From Antedon mediterranea (Eukaryota > Animalia > Echinodermata), in NCBI RefSeq assembly GCF_964355755.1, contig NC_092672.1, positions 6,138,001-6,202,000 on the forward strand: DNA of 64,000 nt, read 5' to 3'. The notes beneath the pieces are model-generated. The model was not told the DNA's origin and searched no databases. It saw only the letters and a program-made list of their open reading frames with translations. The translations under genes and the position numbers were made by a program. The first letter of the stretch is position 1; every line of letters starts with the position of its first letter. This document shows, piece after piece, positions 24,901-36,900 of the stretch.

Positions 24901-27900
24901 TATCTTCTAGTAATGATCCTATTATGGTTTCTTTATATTAAATCTATTTTATATCTTTTAACTACTTGTTAGTTATACTGAGCCATTGATGAAATAAATG
25001 TTGTTGAATTGAATTGAATTGAACCTCAATAAATAAATCTAAGAGAAGAACAACTCTTGTATAAAGCATATTGAATCATCTCATTTGCATTAATTTTTGT
25101 GATATAATATAGATAAAAGGATAAATAATGAGATAACTATTACACCAAGATAATAAAATAAAAACATAAGTTATCTGATTATAAGGTGTAGAATAATCTT
25201 TAGGGTCCACCATTATATTATCCTTAATAATATGAATATTTAATAAGATAAATGAATAAGTAATGTAAATTAATACTCATATCATAATCAATATTGGAAG
25301 GCATTGAACTATATAACAAGAAAATCCATGACAAGCATATTGGACTGAGGCATAATTATTCCTGTCCAGTACAGTGCACTGTACGGAAAAAATTGCATTT
25401 CAGTGAATACGGATACAACATGTGCGGTTGCAAGACAATCAATAAGAAATGAATACAGCAAGCATGCAGCCAATCTTGGTTTTTTCTTCTCCTCACGGTC
25501 AATGTTTTCTATTAATTAGAAATTTGTTATTTCCTCCTAAATTGGTTAAAGATGATGTAGTGTATTAAATGTTTCCGGTTGAAGTATACGAATGTTGAAT
25601 ATTTATATTGGAATATTAATAATATTATAATTACACAAACTATGGAGGCGTACGAAATATACAGTAGTGTTGGTAGTCTATGTTCACACTTAGTTATTTA
25701 CCCACTACAGTACAGTAGTTGGCTTTGCGGACAAATTATCACTAAACTTTGGTGGGTGGGTAACTAACTTTCCTGGGTAATAACTAAAGCTGAACAGGCC
25801 TTATGAAAAATATCCCCACAAAGAAAGAAATAAATTGAAGAGAAATGATCATTGATTAATTTCCAGAGCGAATGGCCTTCTGTAACCTTAAATAAGCGAC
25901 TCCCAAATGCGAGAACACACAATTTTTGTTTCTACTTTTAAAACCAAATTGGCCAAATCAAATGAAATCTGGGTTTTATACCTCCCTGATTAAATCATTC
26001 AAGTATGTAAGCTACCTGTATATATGTGTAGTAGCTTCTCCTCCCAATTTTAACTATCCAAAATAATTATAATACGTGATTGGCAATTATTGTAAGCTCT
26101 GTATATTCATTCAACTCATTGATACAATTGGCATGCAACCAATGAATACAAATGGGGACTAAAAACCGACAACATGCAAACAGACCACTATATACACATA
26201 GAGTGATAATATACAACATTATTTTGTATACTCAAATGGACATATTGTACACAATTTGTAATGTACAGTATAGACAATCAGACAATAACAACCTATACAA
26301 TGTCATACACCCCACACTCTAACAATTATAGACTATGACGGTGCTGACTTCACGACGGTAGGTGGCGCTGCGTGATTGCTAGCGCGACCAAAAATGCTTT
26401 CAACCTGCCTGAGTGACTATAAGGTCACCAATGGTTTGGAATAGGCTTATTGAAGTAGTCATTTTAAAACTTAATAATTTTCAATAAAAACAAACTAAAA
26501 TTTCCAAAAATCACTCAATATTTGTTTTTAATAATCTATTTATTCTTCAACTACAGATCAAGTTAAGATACATAATTTGATAGAAATACAGATCTTTACA
26601 GTTTATCAACATAGTAGCATTGAACGCATTTTTTGGTTGGCTAGCAATCATGCAGCGCCCGCTATCGTTGTGACGTCTCACCATTATACTCTATAGTACA
26701 GTCTATAATGGGTGAATATTGTCCTGGTGGATATTGTCCTGGTATTTTTGTCCAGGTGGTCATAGTCCAGGTGGTCATTGTCCTAGTGTACATTCAAACA
26801 GTAGAATAAAGTATAGTATTTAATACAAATTAACTATTAGGTTTAATTAATATAATTTATGTAAATAACATGCACGATAAAAAGGATTTTAAATCACATT
26901 TCTATTCTAATGTTTAACCCTAGGCTAATTTAACAACAATGCCTGTAAAATAAATGATATTTTTTTCTGCCAAGCTATTAACACTAATTTTGTCAGCTAG
27001 TAATAACTTACTAACCCAGGGAGATAAGCATTAATTAAGTACAGTACAGTCAACCTGTTTGAAATTCCCTAATAAAACATGATAGGATTAGCACAGAGGT
27101 TTTCTTCAAAAAGGCTAGCAATAAAATGACTAATACTGTAGTATTTTTGCAAGTGGATTTTAGATATAGCTTATGATGAGTCATGTGAAATAATGAGACA
27201 TATATTAACCAGTCTACTGTTAAAATCCTACTGTACGTATTATGCTGCTAACAAATTTAATTTGTAACCATTTTAATTTAAATCAGCCTTACAAGTTACA
27301 GCACACAGTCCCTATTAAGGGGATACTTTTGGGATTCACGGAAAATTCCCCTTATAGTGGTGTATAGGACCTGGCCATAGTGTATTGCTTCTGATTCATT
27401 TTACACAAAATTCTCTGAATAGGATGTTCTAAGGGTGAGGTTCTACTGTATATGGAATTAAGTTGGGCGGAGGTCACTCAGTTGGGTGGGGTCATTCAGT
27501 CAAATTTGTCACACACATTTATACATCTGGTTGATTAGAAGCCTCTGTAACTTCAATTATTGTTTACAACCAGTATCTAAAATATTTCCACCTATCAATT
27601 ATAGAAAGACACAAACAGATAAATCAGGAACAAAAATATTAATCATAAATTATGTTAATAAAACAATTTTGAATAACAAATTTTGATTTATATGTACAGT
27701 CCAAACTGTCCATATGTGAAGGTAATTCCTTTCACTGACAATGACATACTGTACCATGAATAACATTCTAATTTAATTCTTTAATTCTATTGAATATCAT
27801 ATCATTGCAATCACTAATACACTCCCATTCCTGATTAACAATGACCTTATAGTACAATAATATATATATATGATATATTAATTTTGATAGGCCTACGGAT

Positions 27901-30900
27901 AATTAATAATTTTACTCGCAGTTTTAAAATTTGTATTGTATATTCTTTATTTTTTTTTTTTATGAATTTATGTGTATATATTTTTATATTAGATGGTTGT
28001 GCAATTTTGCTCGTTTTTGATATATATCTTTGTAAATTTGTAATTGTATATTCTTTATTTTTTTTTTAATGCATTTTGTATATATATATATATATATATA
28101 TTTATATTGGATGTTTGTGTAAATCTTGCTCGTTTTTGATATATTTTTTATGTTTATGTTACTGGACGCAATTCAGTTTTGTACTGCCATGTCTTTGTTT
28201 TTAATAAACCAGAATAAATAAATAAATAAAAAGTAATATACCGTGCAATAGATAGAAAAATATGTTCTAATTTAACTCATTTGAATATCATATCAAGTAT
28301 TTTCTCAAATTGAAGATTGTAATTTGATATTAATGCAAAAGATGCCAGCTTAGAAATTATATCAAAAAGGAGTAGCCTGAAGTAGATAATAGATCAATTA
28401 CACATGATTTCCTTAAAATATGGTATGACTAAATTTGTACACTGATTTGATAACTAACTAATGGAATGATATTTACTACAGTAGGCCCCATTAGGCAACC
28501 TTAACAGTATATAGGTTTGGTGATCTCCAGTGGCCTGTGACAAAACAAATTGGAATAATTGGGAAAGCTATCACAACATAGATTTGCTTTTCAGACTTTC
28601 TACTCGTTTTTCTGGTGGAACTAGCCTTAATTAAAGCTCTCTGGGCTGATTTAAGTTTCTCGAACTTAAGTGCATTCTACTTTTTTTAATTCATTTTTGA
28701 TATTACATAATGATGTATCTTATGAAAATAAAATTGAAATGAAGAATTGCTTTATACTTATATATTGTGCATTATTATATCTTTAATTGCAGTTTTACGT
28801 AAGATCCATTATTTAATAAATGTTTTAAAAAATTTAACAATAATTTTTTAATTTTATATAAACTACTTCTATAACAAGTATATAAACATATGTTACACAG
28901 CAATTAAATTTTCAAATAAGCATGTTAGACATTAACAAACTAAGGAAATAACAAGAATTATATAGGAGATAATCCAATAACATGAAAATACAGTCTTATT
29001 AGTAATTTAATATAGGAAATTAATTGAGATTAACACAATGTTATTTTATTACATCATGCAGTATACATTTCAACACAAACAACTTGTTTAACATTCTCAG
29101 AGATTTGTACGGCGAACGCCGTGCTATGAATGATTTGACGACTGTACTACAAAGAGCATATAGTGATTTCAATGATTTCTAATTTATTGAAAACTTTATT
29201 GCAATTTTATTTTATGAATGAAAATGTTCAGACAAACAGAATTTGGCACATAAAACAGCCTTAACTCTGCCAATTTCATATTATTGACAGCCACGACTCA
29301 ACACAAATATTGGGAAATTATTACTCTGCATACTGAAAATGCAATCCAGTGAAAAGAAAGAATAAGTAATACTGAAGTCATATGGTTAGTGAGTCTTAAA
29401 TAAACAGGAACTGAAATGCATGCCTACTTTCATGCAGTACTGTAGTATATATTTACATTGATTATACAATATGCGGTTTTTAATGTTGAATCATACATAC
29501 AGTAACTGTATAGACTTTCACACTACATACTTATTATATATTTACTGTATAATAAATATCGAAAACAATGTATTATCTTCCTATTTTTCATGCGGTAAAA
29601 GTCAGGGGCGGATCCAAAGGGGGTGGGGTGGTAAATTCAGCCCGGGCCCCTACCCCTAAATTTTGCAAATTGTAGTGCAAAAGATAGGACATCAAATTGA
29701 GCCCAGTCCTTGATTTCACCATTTTTAGCCCTGCCCTCCCCCACCCCCCCTATTTCAATATCCTGGATCCGCCACTGCGATCAATACGCAATATATAGAG
29801 GATGTCTCTGGTTTTGTACAGTGATGATAACGACAGCAAACGGTTTCAAGGCATAGATACGTTTATCAATGCCTACCTTTAATGCGAGTGGCATGCAATA
29901 AACCTGGCCAGAATAAAGAGCAGTAATAAACATTATTAAGAAAAAATAACAGTACAGTATAGTGATATAATAAGAATAACTAACAATAACATTTAGGAAA
30001 TTATGAATATGCATTGGTTGTGAAAGATAAGACTAAAAGTAAGAATTTAAATACAAATTGTTATTGTTTACAATATAGTGGGGAGGGGGGGGGGGGGTTG
30101 ATGGGATCATTGGGGATCGATGATCGTTGGTGCCTTTCTAATATGTTGTTAAAAATATACTGTAGATACAAGGGACTAAAAAAAAAGACATTAATTGATT
30201 GCTGGCCGATTCTACATTGCTGAGTTTGGCCCACCTGAAATCAAATCTGTACATGACCTTGTTAAATGCTTTATTACACCATCAATTTTTTCAAACGATT
30301 CATTTTAATTAACAGAACCCAGAATATTGGAATATTAGAAGACAATTCCTTATGGAATCAATTCCTTATGGAATCAATTCCTGCTGTTAAGTCAAGTTTT
30401 AATGCAGGTAAACAGATTTGTAATAGACATACGTACATCCTTATAAGGAAAGACTCCGCAACTCAGTGGTTTAATGACATGAGTTCAATAGGTCAAAGGT
30501 CATATCATTACTTGCTAAACCGCCAATATGGGTAGGACATAAAATGCTGACTGTACAGTAATTTATACAGTCATGTCATACAAAACTAGTATAAAAAGGC
30601 TTGAAACTGAAAGAGCTATAGTAGCATCATGATATAGATCTACATATTAACAGACAAATGTATAGCAATTAATATCAATAAATGAATACAAAAAAAATGC
30701 TTATATCTGAAAATGGAATAATATGCTATAGTGTAACATAGACCTACTGTATAATCTTACAAAAAACCTTCATCAATCCTATGGTAAAACTTCAGTACTA
30801 CCAACAACTTGGTTGGAAGAAAAATCAATAAAACAATATTTTATTGTCAACATAATTTTTCAAGGGCAATTACTAAATCCTGTTGTATCTAGCCAAAAAA

Positions 30901-33900
30901 AGGCCACCAGTAAAAACTATGGTTTTGTGCCTATAATTCGTTATCAACTCTGCTAGTTAGAAGGTCAAAGGTCAAATTTTGTGTAAGCTCTTAATGTATC
31001 CATAAGCATTCATAATGATAATCGTTCATCTATCGTATATCACAATATTACATAATGATTGCCATACAGAAAACATGATAAATATCACCTGAAAATAAAT
31101 GGGTTACTCTAAACTCATTTTTAATAGCAACCAAAATATCAGTGATGTCATGATCATATTCCATTAAAAAAAATCAAATAAAAAAAAGGAATGTTCTTTC
31201 TTTCACATTAAACCCATATTCCATAATCTGTGCGTTCTGTTTTTTTTAAAACACTAGATCATACTGTATCATGCCTTTGCGCATACCTACAGATAGTACT
31301 ATAGTGGAAAGGCTTAATCAACCAATTATTCAATAAATATTGATTATAAAATATCATGACTAAATAAACTGTTTAAAAATAAATTGATCACGGAAACAGA
31401 AAAATGATTTGATTAAAATCAGAAATTCACAAGTGAAATCTATATTTATCAAAGAGGTAATGATATTCACTTAAATATCTAAGCAGTTCAGAACATTTAA
31501 CAATTATTAAATAACAATAACAGGTGAAGTCACAAAACAATAAATTTTCACGTCACAGAAATCAACAAACTTCAAACACCACACATGCTCTTCGAAAGAT
31601 TCCTAAAGAAATTAAAAATATCATCAGAGAGAAGAATTTGAGGTTGATTTACGATAATGAATAAGCATTGCTTATAATAGCAGATAAGACAAATGTTAAT
31701 TATCTATAGCGATGACAGTGAGAGCATCATACAATGTAACAAGATTTACCTCGTGGGGCTCGCTGTTCTTCTGGATGATGTCCTATGAAGCGGTCAAAGA
31801 GAGAAGATTATATCGGTTAAATACTTATTTTCAATTATAATATTATAATTTAAATAGCAATTATGAAGATAAATTTATTTCATTTTTATATAATTAGATG
31901 CTACAATTAAAATAACATAATCTCAAAGACAACAAAAATATGAAAACAAGTAAGTAACAAAAAATACAGTTTAAAATTCAACTTTTTCAATGAAACTTGT
32001 TTGCTATGTTTAACTTAAGACTAACAACAAAAACAGCAGTACAGAATATTTTTAGTTTGAATTTACAAAAAAATATATATTTGGTATGGAACGGCAAAGA
32101 CGACAAATCTGCATGATTCAAAAAAGTTGCACAGACTTGGACTCAAATTTTATCTATGAATGAATGAACTATGTAGATTAAGAATGCTGCTCAGTTATCT
32201 TTAGTAAATTATACAGGCTCCATATGGCCAGACCCATGAGAGAATTATCTAGAATCAAAGAAAGGCGTACTTATATTAAACCTTATGTTGAGCATCTGTT
32301 GTGGATCTGTGGTATGTTGGTTGGTGCAGCAGGTAGTTTTCTGGCCTTATTGATCAAGAAGATGGAATACCACGATGTCTTCTCTGGTCATGTCATATGT
32401 GTACTTCACCCATAAATCGAAACCAAAAGCAAATGAAATGGTGTAATGGTCAAGGTGCCCATACTGTTGTATATTGGAGGTCTGGCAGGCCATATGCAAA
32501 GGAACATTTGTTTGGCAGTGACAATATAGTCAGTGAGATATGCCGGCTCTTTTCAATTTGATTTCATGTGGGACTGTACCCCCAATGTTTAATCTAGCTC
32601 ATTTTTTAGAAATGCAGACATTTTTTAATCAAGCAGAAATAGATTGGCAGACATCCATATCTGAATGTGTTACGTTTCATATCATATCAACTGTTCCTAT
32701 ATTGGTGCCATGTTTGTTTTAACACCAAAATGGGCTGCCGGTTTATGTACGGTACAAACACCCTACACTGCAAAAATTAAATTTTTACTAACTGTAGGGC
32801 CTATAGCAGTTTGTTTTTCAACTTACAATATATTTTTGGTAAACGTTTACACTAATCTATTCAATATGAAAGCTTTTTTTTTTCTTTAAAATTCATACCA
32901 TTTATAAAAACGTTTAAATATCACAGGCATGTTAATGGTTGTCATAGTTTGTATTCAAAACACATTTACATTTCAGACATGTATGTATTACTTTCATCTC
33001 ATTTATTTAATGTTGCTGTTACAAAAATATGAAACATGATTTTCAAAAATATGCATTCTAGCTACCTACTTTATAAATGTCTGAATCTACAATATTAATA
33101 AGTTTGCTGTACACCATGTATAATATTTCTGAAAAGAACTGTTGAGCTCTAAACTAACTAAAAGTCCAGACAAATTTGTTATTCTTGGTGTGTTAAAATA
33201 GGGACCAAATTGCATGTTGAATATGATCAGATTCACCTGTGGCATTGTGATGATCTTTGATAGCGTCAACTGTGATTCCAGTCGTGGCGTAGTTTTTATA
33301 GACTTAAATGGAAAGTACTGTATGTGTTCATGATAGGTTTCATCATATTTTTGGTGCGCTTCATGGTCTACACATTGGTGACCCTTTGTTTTCACAAGCC
33401 ACGTCATTTCTATTGAGTCTAATAGTCATTCTGTACATGGTCATATGTTTGTGAGTGTACAACTCGAGTGTACAACTCGACAGTTGTGATGTGCCATGAA
33501 AACGGAAGATCACAAAATATAATTGGGTGTAAACAGCTAGGATAGGAGTAGAACCTCCTAAATAGTTGATTTCAATGACCTTTGACCTGAACAATTACAT
33601 CAATTCATGCTAGAATTTATATTTTTAAAAACACACGAGAACTTTGGGTTTTATTCTGATACAAAAACTAAACCTTGCATAACCAAGACTTGAACTCTAA
33701 TTTAATCACGATGAGCACCACACTACAGTGCCATTTAATGAAAGAAACAATGGATATGATAGAATGATAGGAGTAGAACCTCCTGACTAGTTGATCTGAA
33801 TGACCCTTGACCTGAACAATTACATCAATTCATGCTAGAATTGTGGGTTTAATTCAGATACAAAAACTAAACATTACATACAGGTAACCAGGACTTGAAC

Positions 33901-36900
33901 TCTAAATTGAATCCAAGAAGCACGATGTTCACCACACTACAGTGCCGGTAACCATGCCCAACAAGGTAACACTGTGATTAATTAAATAGACAAAACCGAT
34001 TCAAATGGAAAATTACTTCCATCATGCCGCGGCATAATAATAAGGTGGCATGCTTAAACCAAAAGTGCTCAGTGAAATATACTACATCTATCTAGCTATG
34101 TGCGGACAGGGTTATCGGTTTATAGTACCGTAGTATAGTATTAGTAAAGTGGCCAATGGAAGGTTTTTTTTAGTTCAACCGAGAAAACGTTTCACTCAGT
34201 GTTTTATGGGAGTTCAGGTCCTGCAATGCGCCGACAAATGGATGGGGAACATCAAATTACCCAGGCAATTTTTTTAACGCCTTCGATTTGTGTATTAACT
34301 ATATTTATCAATAAATCTTAGTACTATTTCTTTTCTATAATAAACCTGTACTTTTCTATTAGTAATTTGTGAAATCAAGAATGAAACATACATTAAAAAA
34401 TATAATTCATTTCCTAGTTTTCACTAAATTATGCTATGAATTGTAGTTTACATCTAAACAAATAAAAATATATCATCATGAGTAATGGAAGAAGGTTCTT
34501 TGACAATGACAAGACAACTTTTTTTTATTTTAAAAGTACATAGAACCTCTTCGGCACTCAAACTGTCCCCTTAATGGGGGGTTGCCTGAATAGGGGTTGG
34601 CTGTAGTGTTAAAACACATTATCAAATTATCATTAACAAATTATCCTTTATTTCATAGGAAAATTTCTCCATAATAGGGATGTCTCAAAGGCTTCTACTC
34701 CTGTACACAATATCTCCAAATTAGTCCTGCGAGTTTTACCATACTGTACAATACATACCAAATGTTTATATCTTCATTTTCACACCTTAATGCATTGAAT
34801 ATTATTACAATCAACTTTAACTTTAAACTATACATTATTCCAGGTCTTTTCAACAATAGGAAGTCGAGTTCGTTTATAGTTCCTGGTATTATCATATCAA
34901 CCTGAGATTAAAAAACATTTGACCACTAAATCACTACTCCCACTCAATTGTTCGCTGTACACAAATCTGTACTGTACAACTATTGTTAGTATTACTATTC
35001 TAAAACATAATGATTACAAATAAAGATATCAATTTAAATAGAACATATATAAATTGTAAGTACAGTAATACAAATACGATTAATATTCCTGCATTTTATG
35101 TTCTTGAACAGATAGTGTGCCTCAATTCACCAGTAGTAATGACAATAATAACTATAGTAACAACAATTTTAAATGTATTTGTTTTTTATGATGTAGTATG
35201 TTTAAGCGGATATTAGCCCTTGATTGATGGCATTTGCAGCAATAAAGAAATTGAATTGAATTGTGAAAGATACTAAAGTTCTGTAGAATCACCTAAACTT
35301 AAAATATTGTACACAACAAAAACAGCACCATAACAATATAACAACCAATATGGTAATAGTTTAATATTTATATTTTAAAGTTAATAAAATTGGTGACTCA
35401 TTTTATGCTGGCATTGACCTAATGTAGAGCTACAATAGTTTTGACTAGCTTTATTGTCAAGTAGTCATCATTTTTTATTTATTACATTTAGAAAATATAT
35501 TTAGATATTTCATAAGTGCAGTTAATTTAAGCAGCTGGACATGTCATAATCTACACAGTAACAAAATTAGACAACGTAAATATCATACTGTACGAAGGTT
35601 AGGCACTTGTTGTTATGAAGAAAAACAATTCAATTCTTTATTAATACATCAAAACAAATTTGATAAAATTAACATCAAGAAGGTAAGCTGCAACAAAACA
35701 AACAACATCAGAACTTTCAAAAACAAATAATTATGTTTCCTAAAAAAGGCGGAGTCAACATGATAATAGGTAAAAATAATATCAAACAAGCCTCCCCAGT
35801 TCTTGATAAGGAGGGAAGCTAAGAATCTGACTAAGATTGACTATAAGCCAGTACACTACAGTATAACTAATAAATAGTGGTTCTGTACACTTTTATACTC
35901 CTGTGTGAAGCACATTTAACGCAAGCAGCAGTGTGGAAGAGACGCAGTTATGACTCAAAAGATCATTGAAAATAAAAATATTAAAACTGGCCTAGAGTAT
36001 GTAAACAGTTCAATCATTAAATATGAAAACAAAGATAATTAAAGTTTTCAACTTTTCAGCATAACACAACATTGTTATAACGATAGCATTAGCAATCAAT
36101 TGACTTCTACAATAATAATAATAGTTCATTCTTATTAATGTAGCGCTTACTGTATAAGCAAGCTCTCAATGCACTGCACACTATTACCCCAGTCATCATT
36201 TTTTATGGATCGAACACGTACAGAAACTCCTATAATGGTGCAGCTAGTATTAATCAGTGCAAAGTTGTCTTTCCACTTGCTAAAAAAATCTGATACAGTT
36301 ACTGTAAAATGTGTTAATAAAAAAACAATAGTTTTACTAAATATAATTCATTTACCTCTACCACCATGCCTTTCTCTATGGAATGAAATTAGCGATTTTT
36401 GCCTAATCAGCATGTTGGTTGTTGTTTGTAGGCCGGCCTATCGTCTTCTATCATATTGACACTTGTTGGCCTTTTGCTTACTTCCTGCCTGTAATACTAC
36501 TACGGCCTCAAACAAGCAGGTGTGTCATATCTTTCAACCAATCAGAAACGAGGATGATTGAATGATATAGTCATGTTAAACAGAACAATAGGAGTATGTT
36601 TTTTAACGATTTGAAATTCATAATTTTATGACAAATATTATTTAAAACAATAGAAATGGTACTGGTAGTAGCAATTTTTCATATCTTTCGATCAATCACG
36701 ATTGAATGATAGTCATGTTTCAGAACAATAGCAGTATGTTTTTTAATGATTTGAAATTCATGAGTTTATTAAAAACAATAGAAATGCTACTTGTAGCAGT
36801 TTTATGGCTAGTGGAAATAGCTGTTTTTTAAAAGTTGAAAGTAGATCATTTGAGATAGTATTTTTAATGCTCAATCATAGCATGACTCCATGATCAAAGC

